Assembly (NCBI GenBank): GCA_051294375.1
Contig: CM119266.1
Coordinates: forward strand, 7,500,028 to 7,563,604
Length of the DNA stretch: 63,577 bases
Direction of reading: 5' to 3'
Origin: Paraspadella gotoi
Lineage: Eukaryota > Animalia > Chaetognatha
A program made the translations under genes and the position numbers. Below, one piece after another: positions 25,709 through 37,750 of this stretch; position 1 is the stretch's first letter, and each line of letters begins with the position of its first letter. The notes below the pieces were generated by a model. It ran no database searches, was not told the DNA's origin, and saw only the letters and a program-made list of their open reading frames with translations.

Positions 25709-27651
25709 ATCTCTCTTCNNNNNNNNNNNNNNNNNNNNNNNNNATTACATTGTCAGTGGTTGCCAGTCATTTAATTTATAATTAATTAAATCCTTATCTT
25801 TTTTACATTGCAAACTCGTCATTCTTTATTTCGTTATTTATTCCTGTTGTTTTTGTTTCTCTCTCACTCTCTCTCTCTGTTCCAACAGCTTTCACTTCTT
25901 TTACAATCTCACTCAATCTGGCCTTACCTCGACCATCCTGACCACTATTCTGTCTCACCACTTTCGGTGGGAAAACTTTTTACCTTTTCTCTTTCTCTTC
26001 TCATCTCTCTCTCCTCTCTCACACTTCTTCTTTACACAAACTTTATTCATGAATGTCAATGTATGCTTATGCAAGGCTTGTACAGTAACAAGCCGAACGA
26101 TGTCCAACTATTAATTAAAAATCTTGTTACAAAGATTCAACAATTCGTTTGTGCTTTCTTTAAATTAAATTAATTGAGAATATTTTTTATAATGTTTGCG
26201 GCTGACTCGGAAAACAAAAATTTATAGAAAAATTTGAGGCGTGTTTTTTTGTGATAAAGAAACCTGCGTATTTTATTCAAAAATAGTAAAAGTTAAAAAA
26301 TGATGTAAAATAATAACAAACAACAACGTAGTATTTACATTGCTGAAGAAAAAGGTCAGCCATAACAGATTGGGATAAAAACAGGTCATTCTTATTTGAC
26401 CACTACCTTTTACTCACGGCTCACTAAAGACAAAGACTTCGTCTGTCTTTATCGTCATTGTATTCATCGTCGGTTGTCGTCTTTGGTTCAAAATCATTTG
26501 AGCTCCCAAATGTTTGATGTTATTATTTCAAGTAATTATATGTAAAATAATTTATTTTTTTTTCAATTAATTAATCAATTACCATTACCCGTTAATGCAT
26601 CGTGGGCCAGATCCGGCATTGTTTGCTCAAACTTTTATTAATAATTTTGATTTATTTATTTCTATATTATTTATTACTTTTTTATTTGCTTTTTGTTCAG
26701 GCAAAGGGGAAAAAAAAAGAAGATAGAGAGGAGAGTGTGTGTTAGAGATTTAAGTATGCTATAAGGCATTGAATATTATGCAATATGCCCAATAAAACAG
26801 ATCAATCCTTTTGGTTTAAACTTGTTCTGTAACATGAAAAATGTTATGGAATTTTAAAAAAAAGACTTAAATTTTAAAAGAAAAAATAATAAAAATATAA
26901 AAAAAAATTTTTAGTTTTATAGAATTAAAAAGTTTAATCTAAATTTAAATTTAAGTTAATTACAGTTTTTTTCCAGATAGAACAAAATCTTTTTTTAGCT
27001 CAGATTATTTGAATATATTAATAAGATAATTATACAAAATAAATATTAATTTGTTATTAGATGTTCTCGACCAAAGAGGAAAAGAGAATAAAAGGAGAAA
27101 CAAAAAAATGAAACGAGAGAATAAGCAAAAGTTAATAAGAAAAATTAGAGCCAAACAATTTAAATGCTTGAAACAAATAAATAATTGGAAAAAAATTTTA
27201 AGAAGAAAAATCAAAGAAAGAGCAGGGGTTGCAAGATTTAATACATTAAAATACCTTCCATTTCCAACCCAATAAAAACAAATGACCAGGAAGCCGAAAC
27301 ACGCCAGGGGTTTTATAGCTTCCGGGTTCCAATCCTTTATTCTCAATTTTTTCCTCATCGCCTCCCCGTTTCGGTTCTTCAAAAAATCGGCCGCTTCCAC
27401 AGTGTTTCGGTTTCGCTTTCCGGATCGGCGTTCACATCTCTGGTTTAAGGCCTCCATCACTCTTACAAGATAATGACATAGCAATATTTTTCGAACAACG
27501 AAACTGCTTCATCCTCGTCTAATTGAAACTAATCGAAAAATCCGATTTTTTTTCTCCCTTTTCTTTTCCCGTTAAACTTTCTCCAATCGGTTTTAGGCCA
27601 ACCGATCGACGCCTTAAATATCCTTACATTTTCTCTTCAAACACATTGAAA

Positions 27652-30050
27652 ATGGATATTTGTTCGTTTTGTTCGGCGCCCGCTGTAATCGTGGTGTGTC
27701 GTAGTTGTTGTGTCTCTTTATTCTCCTCTTGGAAGGTATGAATACGAAGTTTTAAAGTAATAAAACGACTAATGTTTAATTATTTCAAACCAATCGTGTT
27801 GTATAATATTTTTAACGCCTGTTCTCATTCGTTGACTAATCAGTGGACAGTGGACATTATTGACATAACTGGCCAATTTTGTTTATATATTATTTTCCTT
27901 ATAATTAATAAAACATTAATAAACATTGATAATAAAAATAAAGACAATGATAAAATATTAAACGCAGGAGAAAATGCGGCCAAGTCACTGGACCAACGGT
28001 TCCCAAAGGACTGTGGCTTGCTGTTGCTTCATATGTTTCCCCGGGGACCAAAAGCGCCAAACCTTTCACCGTTTCCCATCAAATTGGAAATGTTTCTGCG
28101 CGTGACCAAGATACCGTAATGAAACTGTAAATTAGATCAACACTTGTCCATATTAAAAAGTCCGTACTACTACCGGCTATTACCATTAGTCATAAACAAC
28201 TAGCTATTAAAATAGATATGAGAATTATAACAGATTTACAAACCGATACAAAATTTCGAAACCACCCAGCTTGCGTAACATGTAATGAAAACAATTTTTT
28301 CAGTGACTAATCTTTAATTATTTCAAAATCTTGCGTCTATTAAAATCTTAAATCTTTAAATCTCGATTTTTTAATTCTAAATCTTTAATCCTTAAAATCT
28401 TAAAATTTTAAATTCCTTTTCAGCTACATTTGCGACTTTAAAGACTTCATGTCCTCAAAAGGCAAAAGTCCGTGGATGCAACTCAACGGGGAAACGACTG
28501 CCGATTCCCAGTTTTGCATCGATCGATTAAAGAGAGAAATCGGAGTCGACTTGGACGAGCATCTCTCTAGGAGGGAGAAAGCCATTTCCAGGGCGTTTCT
28601 GGCTGTGAGTCTGGGGTTGTATTTTAATCGCCTGGTTGACAAGCATTACCTAAATTTATTTATAGAATAATTTTTATTTGTTTTGGACTTATCTTGTTGT
28701 TGCGTTTGAGATTAGAATCAAATGGAAAAGTTTTGTTTTGTTTGCAGACAACGATTCATTGAAGTTAATTCGTTGTCTGCAAAGTGCAAACAAAACAATT
28801 TTTTTTATTTGATTCAAGATTAATTTTTTTAAAGATCTAATTTTTTCCTCTTCGTGACATCTGTAATCGGGCATTGCATTAGTTCACCCCGCCTATAAGC
28901 AAGACACTTTCAGTTGCGACCCGGTGGCTCAGTGAGTAAAGCCATCAGCGAGGTACCGGGTTCAAACCTACCCTGCGGGAAGCCTGAGGACGGCCGTAAA
29001 CCGCCTTGGGGCGTGGAAAACCCCCAAGCCTGGTTCGAAGCCCAAGACCCCTTTTCATGGCTGTTTGAGAGGGTTAAAAAGTTGAGGATAGTCATCTTCA
29101 GCCTACTTTGCGCCTTATCCAATATCCATAGGTCAACTTAATGTCAACATCTCATGTCACATGATCATTGATCATTAATAATCTTCCGTCTCCTTCAGCT
29201 CATCGAAGATTGCTTTTACTGGACGCTACTCACCAGCCGTTGGGTTCGAGCCTCCGACAATTTGCTGAAATATTTTCCGATTCATCATCGTCTCATCATC
29301 AGAATGACATCGATTCCAAATTTGAGGAAACAGTCCTGGATGCAAGGTAAACTTACCAGTGATGATGATCTCACTACCTCACTTACCCGCTTTACTCCAA
29401 GGTATGGGTCGTCATTCTCGCGAGGAGCAGTGGGAAATCTTCAAAAGCTGCATGGACTCACTCAGCGATTACATGGGCGATAAACCTTACCTTATGGGAG
29501 AGAAAATATCGGAGGTGGAGGACGAGGACTTGAAGTTCACAAATTGTGAAAAACAAAAAAAGTATTTTGTTATAAAAGAAATGATTGAAGATCATCACAG
29601 GAAAATGACCAGTGAGTGGATCTGGAATGACCAAATGGGTTTGCCTTCTTTGGCTTTTCCCCTCTTTTTCATTGCTAGATTGACCAATCAGAGATTATAT
29701 TGAAAATTTGCAAGATTACATTTTTTACTAAATTAGACTATATATTAAAGTTACGTCTGGAAAAATCATATGCAAATATTTTTTAACAAGTGAAGGGGTC
29801 ATGTATTATTACCTAATTAGTAGTGGTTCTTTTAAACCCTCGTCATATTTTTTATAGATCGATCTGCAGTCTTCTTTGGTCTCATGGTTGCAAATTATCT
29901 ATCACTGACTTTGAAGACGAGTTCACAAGGTTACGGTGAAGTCGTCACTGTCCTTTAATCTTGTCAACTTTTTGTGTAAGGAATCAGAAAGACTTTCTGC
30001 GGTCTTGACTCACAGGATTCTTGCCGAATAATGGGACATATTATGGAATC
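27652..30050 (+). CDS. FAXC: Failed-axon-connections homolog / metaxin-like GST-fold protein, copy A (6 exons; exons 1, 2 and 6 contain indels)
   Basis: Exon 2 (~27967-28115) LLHMFPRGPKAPNLSPFPIKLEMFLR; 28424-28604 SSKGKSPWMQLNGETTADSQFCIDRLK; 29199-29346 LIEDCFYW; 29402-29514 GMGRHSREE...DYMGDKPYLMGEKISE; exon 6 from 29858 is a noisy match to the last exon of copy B. GT-AG boundaries. Confidence 0.85.
28883..29121 (+). mobile_element. tRNA-derived SINE family 1, copy C (intron 3 of FAXC-like A)
   Basis: A box TGGCTCAGTGAG (28925-28936) and B box GGTTCAAACC (28959-28968); body shared with 2745 and 14110. Confidence 0.8.
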
Positions 30051-30841
30051 CAGGTATGTCATGTAATATTGTTATTTGTTTTTAATTCTGTTGAAATTGT
30101 TAAAGGATTATGGGAATTTCTTTTATGCATTAAATAATATTTTAAAGTCTTAGCCTATTTGTCTACTCATGCTAATAAAAACAGTTTTGTTGTTATTGGT
30201 TTAATTTAAATTAAACAAACAAGAGAAGCCAGAAGTTTTTACAAGTGCAAAAATAAATGAAAGTGAAAAATTTAAGCAAAAAGATTTTAGTCATAACAAT
30301 AATAATAATTAAATTATAAATCAATAGAAAACTATGCTGTCAAAAAAAATCTTAACTTCGCTTTTTGGAAAAGTAATAACGCCTTTTGAGTTATTTATCT
30401 GGCAACAGCCGGAGTTGCTCGTTGATGCCCATTGGAGCATGGGGCATTCTCACTGTTGGCTTTTGGCGGCTTCCGACCCCAGAAGACTCCTCCAGTCACT
30501 GGCGCTGGTTACCCCTAGGACGGTCTCCGCGTTTGCCAGACGCAGGGAAGTCTGAGTGAGGACTGTGGATTGGAACACTACTGTGTACTGAGTTATGGTG
30601 TGTTCCCCGTCTTTTGAGCAATGATCTCAGGCTGAAGGCTGGTTAGACGTGAGGCCGATTGTGGATATACCGCCACAATTGCCTTTATTTCATATCTTTT
30701 TATTTTATCCCAAAAGAGAGCAAAAATGACAAAGGATTCAAAAACAAAAGATCTAAACAAGAAATAATTATTGTTAGAGTTTTTAAAACTTAAATATTCA
30801 TAAGCTGATAGAATTTTGTTCATCAGAGCTGATTGAAAAGT

Positions 30842-30844
<3 letters not shown>

Positions 30845-30910
<66 letters not shown>
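30845..30910 (+). repeat. (CT)n microsatellite
   Basis: Perfect dinucleotide run about 100 bp upstream of the FAXC-like B start codon. Confidence 0.95.
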
Positions 30911-30914
<4 letters not shown>

Positions 30915-31016
30915 CTTCTGTCGTCTGCTCTTACGATTCAAAACCGGTTCTGAAATGTATTACTTGTCAACATTTATTAGTTGTATAAACATTACCTACT
31001 CGACTAACAAAACAGG

Positions 31017-33064
31017 ATGGATCTCAGTTCCTTTTGCTCGGCGCCCGTTATAGGCTTGGCCGTCGTCGTCGTTCCCGTCTCACTCTATTTTCTATTTGGC
31101 AGGTAGTTAATAAGTGAGAAATATAAAATATAATTAATTAAGTTTCTTAAAAAACTAATCATTTCTTGAGAAGAAAATCGGCCAAGAAGCTGGACCCAAC
31201 ACTCCCCAAAGGGACTGTGTTGCTTCATATGTTTCCCCGGGGACCAAAAGCGCCTAACCTTTCACCGTTGCCCATCAAACTGGAGATGTTTTTGCGCGTG
31301 AACAAGATACCGTAATATGTTTGTGTATATAATTATATAATGTTAGCTCACTAAAAGTCAAATACTACAGTTTCTAACTACCTGTATTCCTTTTGGGCTT
31401 ATTTATTATTAATTGACAATTAATAGTAAATTGATAGAAAGAGTTGATAATAATACAGTACCTAGAAAATAAATCATTCATTTTGATATAAAACTTTTAA
31501 ACTTTAAACTTTTAACTGCAGCTATAAATGCGACTACAAAGACTTCATGTCCTCAAAAGGCAAATGTCCTTGGATGCAATTCAATGGCGAAGCGACGGCT
31601 GACTCTCAGTTTTGCATCGAGAGGCTGAAGAGAGAATTGAACATCGACATGAACGGGCATCTCTCCTTAGAGGAAAAGGCCGTTTCAAGGGCATTTGTTG
31701 CCGTGAGTTAAAAGATTGACAAGTTTACTTTTAGCATGTTTTTTCATTGCCAAAAACCAATGAACTCTTAATCCAATCTCAGTTGTTATTCATATTCAAA
31801 TTTAATGGTAAATTCACGCAAAAACATATCAATTAGACAAGAATAAAATTAATTTTGTGATCACATGACCGTATTTTTAAGTGAACAAACTGCTGCGGTT
31901 TGAAACTTTACAAAACAATTAACTAACAAAAGACTTATATATCTGCACAAGAATTTACTTAACGCTAATCAAATAAATATATTATGATATCTAAGCATGA
32001 TCAAAAGTTTTTTCACCTTTTCTAAACACAACCAATGACTAACCTTGCGCCCATGACTGTTTCTTCAGCTGGGGACTAAAACGACATTCATGATGAAAGC
32101 CAGCAGCTTTGGAAACCTAAAGGCTTTCAAGGTGCGCTCGGGTGCGAGGCGGTCCAGCGGCTACAGGCAAGGGGCCAGTAGAGACAGTCCTCTATAAGCT
32201 AAAAAAAAAGATGAAATTATTGTTAAAATTCTTGTAAAACATTTTTAATATTTCAAACTGATTAGTTCTAAAAAGATATATGCCTAAAAATCTGAATAAT
32301 ATCTTATTTCTTGAAGATATCTAAGTTCAATTTATTTGAAATTTTTGGANNNNNNNNNNNNNNNNNNNNNNNNNNNNNNNNNNNNNNNNNNNNNNNNNNN
32401 NNNNNNNNNNNNNNNNNNNNNNNNNNNNNNNNNNNNNNNNNNNNNNNNNNNNNNNNNNNNNNNNNNNNNNNAGGTAAGGAGTCGGCAATTAGTTATCTAT
32501 GAATAAAAATATTTGAATATGACTGAATTAAATGCAAAGTTTTTAGCTTAGTTGGCTTAATTGATATATATTTTTGAACATGGTTGGCCAACTATTTTAT
32601 TTAACTATGGTTGATAAAATATATATGATTTCAACTGAGGATGACTAATTAGTACAGTTAATTGAATCTTGCTGCACAAAACAAAACAAAACATGCTTGT
32701 GACATGTTTTATAATTTGTCTCTGCAAAGGAATATTTTTGTTTTTCGCGACTAAATTTATTATTGACATAGTAGCAGACATATTTTAAACAGTTTTCTGT
32801 TCTTTATTGTGATTTTGTCATAGTGTCCTAATATTTTACATTATACAATATACATTTAACAGTCAAATTTTTCTTTCTAACTCTCCTGCCTTTATTCAGG
32901 TGGACTGCACGCTCTTCGGTTCCATGGTGCAGATCGTGTATCACGATCTCGAGGACGAAGTTCACAAAGATTACGTGAAACTTCACTGTCCGAATCTCAT
33001 CGATTTCGTGAAGAGAATCAAGAACGAATTTTGGGCGGAGACTAAATACTTTAAGGAGGAGTGA
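31017..33064 (+). CDS. FAXC: FAXC/metaxin-like GST-fold protein, copy B (exons 31017-31102, 31171-31311, 31522-31702, [exons 4-5 not visible], 32900-33064)
   Basis: Phase-consistent GT-AG exons: MDLSSFCSAPVIGLAVVVVPVSLYFLFGR; TVLLHMFPRGPKAPNLSPLPIKLEMFLRVNKIP; SSKGKCPWMQFNGEATADSQFCIERLK; VDCTLFGSMVQIVY...CPNLIDFVKRIKNEFW...*. A donor AG|GTAAGG follows the N gap at about 32472. Confidence 0.88.
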
Positions 33065-33447
33065 AAAGGGGGGTGTAAAGAATCTGGGATTTTGTGGTCG
33101 TCATAAAAGAAATATATGTTTTAACATATTCGTTGTAAACATAGTTTAAGTCACGGTTCCGTACTCAAGTGTGGGTCTGTCTGGATGTGGTTATTCCGTT
33201 AAATAAAGTAATATTATATATATATATAAAATATAAAATATAAAATATCGGCGTGAAAGTAGAAAACGAAATAGAAAACAAAAGACACTCGAATCTCTAA
33301 GCAAACAGAGAGTCGAAGCTAATCCCGTTCAACTTTAAAAACCAGTGCGGATCAAGTTCCAGAACCTAACTGTTTCAATATCAAGCTTTGTCTCGGTTCC
33401 CTTTATATCATAGTCAATAAAAACACTGACTGGCGTCTCGCACCGAC

Positions 33448-35515
33448 ATGTCGTTTGTCGTCGTCGTCCTCGCCGTCATCGTCGTCGCTCTGTTGCTACG
33501 AAAAATGGTCAACCGGGGACCGAAATGTGACGTTCCGCTCGTTGACTTTGGAGACAAATCTCACTGGCTGCTCGGGTTGATGAGAGTTCCGGTGAGTAGG
33601 GACAGGACTTGTAACTGTTTGAAACAGAAATAAATGTTACACAGTTGCTTACTTACTTGAAAGTTCTCTGAATCAATCTAAATTACAACAATATTACTTA
33701 TTATATAATTAATTATTTTATCGCATACTTTTCATGAGTCTACGATTAATGTTCATTCTGTCAGTGAGTTTAACAGAAGTTACAATATGAACTTTATTAG
33801 GTTATAAAAATGTCCGTATAGTTCGCCAGTCTGTTTTCGTATTATATAAATGATTTGGAATACCATGTCTTATTCATGCCGGGCGAAAAATGAAAATTGA
33901 CTCAAATTATGCAACAGAGGGAAAGACATCTAGGACCATTAGTTTATAAGTTTATACTATTACGTTAAATATTATATTATGGTGGACTAAAATCCACCAA
34001 CCGTTCATCAGTGGCCATTGGTGACGGAGGCAAGTCGTTCGCCTCCCAACCTAAAAGTCGGGGTTTTAGCCCGGTGGCCACCGAGCAGTTAAGAGGAACG
34101 GGGCGCTTAACCCCCCTGTAACACGGTGTTACAGCCTGATCCGAAGCTCAGGGACTGCTTATATTGAACGGTTCTGCCACTAACACATAACATTAATCAC
34201 TGATCTCTTCAATATAAAAAAATTGTCAACTCTGCAGAATATTTACCAAGTAGGCCTTATAACTATAGTACTGCGCAGATTTTAACAGCTCACTCACCCA
34301 CCCACCCCTACCTCTTCAACAACCTCGTCCAGTTCGAAAAGTTCGCCGTGATTGTGACGGAGAAGTCCCGCACCGTCGGCCCGCTCTTTCGGTTTCACTT
34401 CGTCCCTTGGGTCGACTCTTCGATCGTCGTCGTCAACGACCTCGAGATGATGAAGGAGATGTTCAGTCGGAAGGAGTTCGCGTCCAGGGATCCAGTGGAG
34501 GATGCGGGGGTGCACATGCTCAATCCCAATAAGAAAGGTTGTGGTTGGAAAGATGGGAGGTAGACGATGTGATCGTGGATAGGTTGGTTGTGATTATGCG
34601 GGTTTACTTATTGGTATTACTAATTAGTAATAATCGAGGATAACTCTTTACATTTATCAATGAATTGTGGATATAAGGCGCCTGTGGAAAGGGGAAATTA
34701 GCCTTGGGGGTTTTCCACGCCCACAGTGCGGTTTAAAGCCGTTTACACTGTTTACGGAGTAGGCAACTGTTTGGGTTTAATAACGGTAGGAAAATATGGT
34801 TTTAATTAATGAGCTGTTAATTTTGTCGTATAGACATCTTATATTAGATGTCTTGCACTGTCAAATTTTTTTATATGAATAATACAATATGCCCTAATTT
34901 TCAGGGATAATTCTCCAAGACTACACTCCAGTTTGGAAGAATCTGCACAAATTGTCCCTCTCGATCCTCAACTCCTTCGGGTTTGGAAAGCAATCAATGG
35001 AAATAAAGGTTTTAAAATCAATCAATCAATCAATCAATCAATTGATTATCCTAAAAAACACACATTACACCCCATTACTCCTCCAATCATTTTGACATAA
35101 CATTCAATAAGAAACACAATCTACCCCCGAATCAATCAATCAATTAATCAATCAATCAATCAATAGATTATCCTAAAAACACACACATTACACCCCATTA
35201 CTCCTCCAATCATTTTGACATAACATTGAATAAGAAACACTACCCCCGAATCAATCAATCAATCAATCAATCATTCCATCCGCAAGGTCTTGGAGGAAGC
35301 GGACGCTCTCGTCTCGGCGATGCTCTCCATCGAAGACGCCTTCGCCCCTGACGACCTCATCCGCGTCGCCGTCTCCAACGTCACCTGCAAACTCGTCTTC
35401 AGTGAGAGATCTGAGATCCGGCGCGGATCAGCGCTGCACGCATCGCTGTTAGTCGCCAGCGGAGCGTTCTTCGATCTATCCAACGATCCGGTCTTACATT
35501 TTGTGGCCGAGGTAA

Positions 35516-35605
<90 letters not shown>

Positions 35606-37329
35606 AGAGAGGGAGAGCTGACTGATTGCCAAAGCACAGCGAGAAAAAATAGGAGCAGCATTCAAAAAAAAAATTAAGAAAAAAACAGGAGCTCCCCGGC
35701 GGGGAATCGAACCCCGATCTCTCGCGTGACAGGCGAGGATACTGACCATTATACTACCGAGGACACTTGCATGACACTTAAGACCCCCCCCCATTACCCT
35801 TCTCCCTCTCCAGACTCATCGACTGGTACAAGACTCCTCGCGCCGCGAGAATCCACGAGGCCGTCACCCACGTCAAGAGTCACGTGACCTCCTCCGTCGC
35901 TCGTCACGAGGCCACGCTCGACGAGGCAGACGAACCCCGCGACTTTATCGACGCTTTCATCCGGGAGAGACGCCAACATCCGGGGGCCGAACATCTCGAC
36001 GACGAGAACATGACGGTCGCCATCATGGATCTGTTTCAAGCGGGGACGGACACGACGAGCGCGATGATGAATTGGACGGTGGCCTGGCTGCTGCATCGAC
36101 CGGACGTTGGGGAGAGGGTGAGGGAGGAGTTGGTGGAAGTCTTGGGTGAGTGCGAATGGTGGGGAAGGACGGGGGGGTGTACAAAAAAAAGGGGGTTCTG
36201 GGTTTGCGAGTGTGCGATGATAAATATGAAAATACGTAGAAAAACTATGTCTTGGATGGCATACCATTTAAATTCGAAATCCTTGGGCATTACGAGGTGC
36301 ATTTGTCTTGTCTAATAATCATTTGAATTATATTCTTTAACCACCATAACAACCGTTTGTTATTTGAATTCTTACTCACTTTTTATTTACTTAAAATCAG
36401 AGATGTGGNNNNNNNNNNGCGTTCACATCTCTGACTTAAATTAAACTCACTTTTTCGTCTTATTCTTCTCAAGGTGAAGACGGCGCCCCGACGATGGCTC
36501 AACTTCCCCGCCTTAATTATCTTCGCGCTTTTATGGACGAAGTTCAAAGAATTTCTTGCGTAGCGGATTTTTCGGTTCCTCATCGCTGTCTGGACAAGGC
36601 CGAGTTTAGGGGATACACGGTATTGATTGGATTGATCGAATGATTGATTGATTGTGATGATTTATTGATTGATTGAATAATTTATTAATTCCTTTATTAA
36701 TAGATTGATTGCATTGTTTAGTTTATTGAGTAATGAGTAATAGATTGATACAATTAATTACTTCGTGGGCTGATAATTAATTTGATTAATTTATTGAATA
36801 GATTGATTGATTGTTTGATAGATATATTAACTGATTGATGGACTGATGATTAATTTGATTAACAAGCAGATTGACTGATTAATCTGTTGATTGATTTATT
36901 GCTAAATTTATTTAGTTCATAATTTTTTTAAATAAAATCAAAATTAAAGTATTAATATCGAACATTGCAATAATAGTAAATAGTCATGTTACAGATCACA
37001 AAAAAGGAAAGCATTTGGATGAACATCTACGCCGTTCACAAAGACCCGAAACTGTGGGACGACCCAGAGGTTTTCAAACCCGAAAGGTTTTTGGACGCCG
37101 ATGGGAAATATCAAAAGAATAACAATTTAACGACATTCGGTTGGGGAAATAGGTAAAAAAAAATTATTCAATTTAATTACTTGTCAATGCTTGAAAAACC
37201 AAATTTGAGAGAAAATAATAAATACAAATATATTATTTAAATTAATTTATTTATTTTTTGGGTCTTTGGTCAAAATTCACTGATGGTGTTTTTTTTTAAT
37301 GACTACTGCCTATTCCTACCAAGGTCATT

Positions 37330-37415
<86 letters not shown>

Positions 37416-37750
37416 CTTTCTCTCTTTACTCTATAAGTCAAACATAAGTCGAAATATTTGGAAAAAAAAAATTCGTTTGTTAAATGCACTTTTCTCCATG
37501 ATGAAAATATATCTTTATATTAAATTAATTTAAATATTCAAATACTTTTAATCTCTAACTTGCTTTAATGATTTTTCTCAGACGTTGCTTGGGCGAGCGA
37601 TTGGCTCTCTTGGAACAGTTCGTCTTCACCGCGCGCCTGATGCAACGACTCGAGTTTCGCCCGGCGTCGGCGCTGCCTGATATGAGTGGCCAGATTCGCC
37701 TGGTCAGGATCCCGGCTCCTTACGCGGTCAAAGTGCAGAGGAGAAATTGA
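33448..37750 (+). CDS. Cytochrome P450, CYP2 clan (exons 33448-33591, 34279-34537, 34905-35008, 35287-35511, 35814-36145, 36474-36619, 36995-37152, 37582-37750); apparent +1 frameshift near 35490-35511
   Basis: N-terminal membrane anchor; GIILQDYTPVWKNLH...FGFGKQSME; I-helix DLFQAGTDTTS; K-helix EVQR; FKPERF; heme motif FGWGNRRCLG split by the last intron. Confidence 0.93.
34011..34185 (+). mobile_element. tRNA-derived SINE family 2 (tRNA-Gly-like head 34011-34081), in CYP intron 1
   Basis: GTGGCCA...TGGCCAC acceptor-like stem and TCGCCTCCCA anticodon-arm-like motif. Body (TTAAGmGGAACGGrGC.CTTAACC...TCCGAAGCwCAGGrACT) recurs at about 41630-41755. Confidence 0.65.
34666..34750 (-). mobile_element. 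Degenerate SINE family 1 fragment in CYP intron 2
   Basis: Reverse complement contains TAAACCGC...GGGCGTGGAAAACCCCCAAGGC and GCGCCTTATATCCACA, matching copy C. Confidence 0.6.
35017..35275 (+). repeat. Tandem duplication of about 130 bp with (TCAA)n spacers forming most of CYP intron 3
   Basis: gattatcctaaaaa...cacattacaccccattactcctccaatcattttgacataacatt occurs twice. Confidence 0.85.
35679..35685 (-). terminator. RNA polymerase III oligo-T terminator of tRNA-Asp
   Basis: T7 run a few nt downstream of the tRNA 3' end on the minus strand. Confidence 0.8.
35692..35763 (-). tRNA. tRNA-Asp (GTC)
   Basis: rc TCCTCGGTAGTATAATGGTCAGTATCCTCGCCTGTCACGCGAGAGATCGGGGTTCGATTCCCCGCCGGGGAG: 72 nt with intact cloverleaf and A/B boxes. 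Confidence 0.96.

Noticed and set aside
28980-29005. CTGAGGA-CGGCCG-TAAAC resembling a hammerhead ribozyme core
   Set aside because: The required GAAA is TAAA, I could not find stems I and III, and other SINE copies read GTGAGG.
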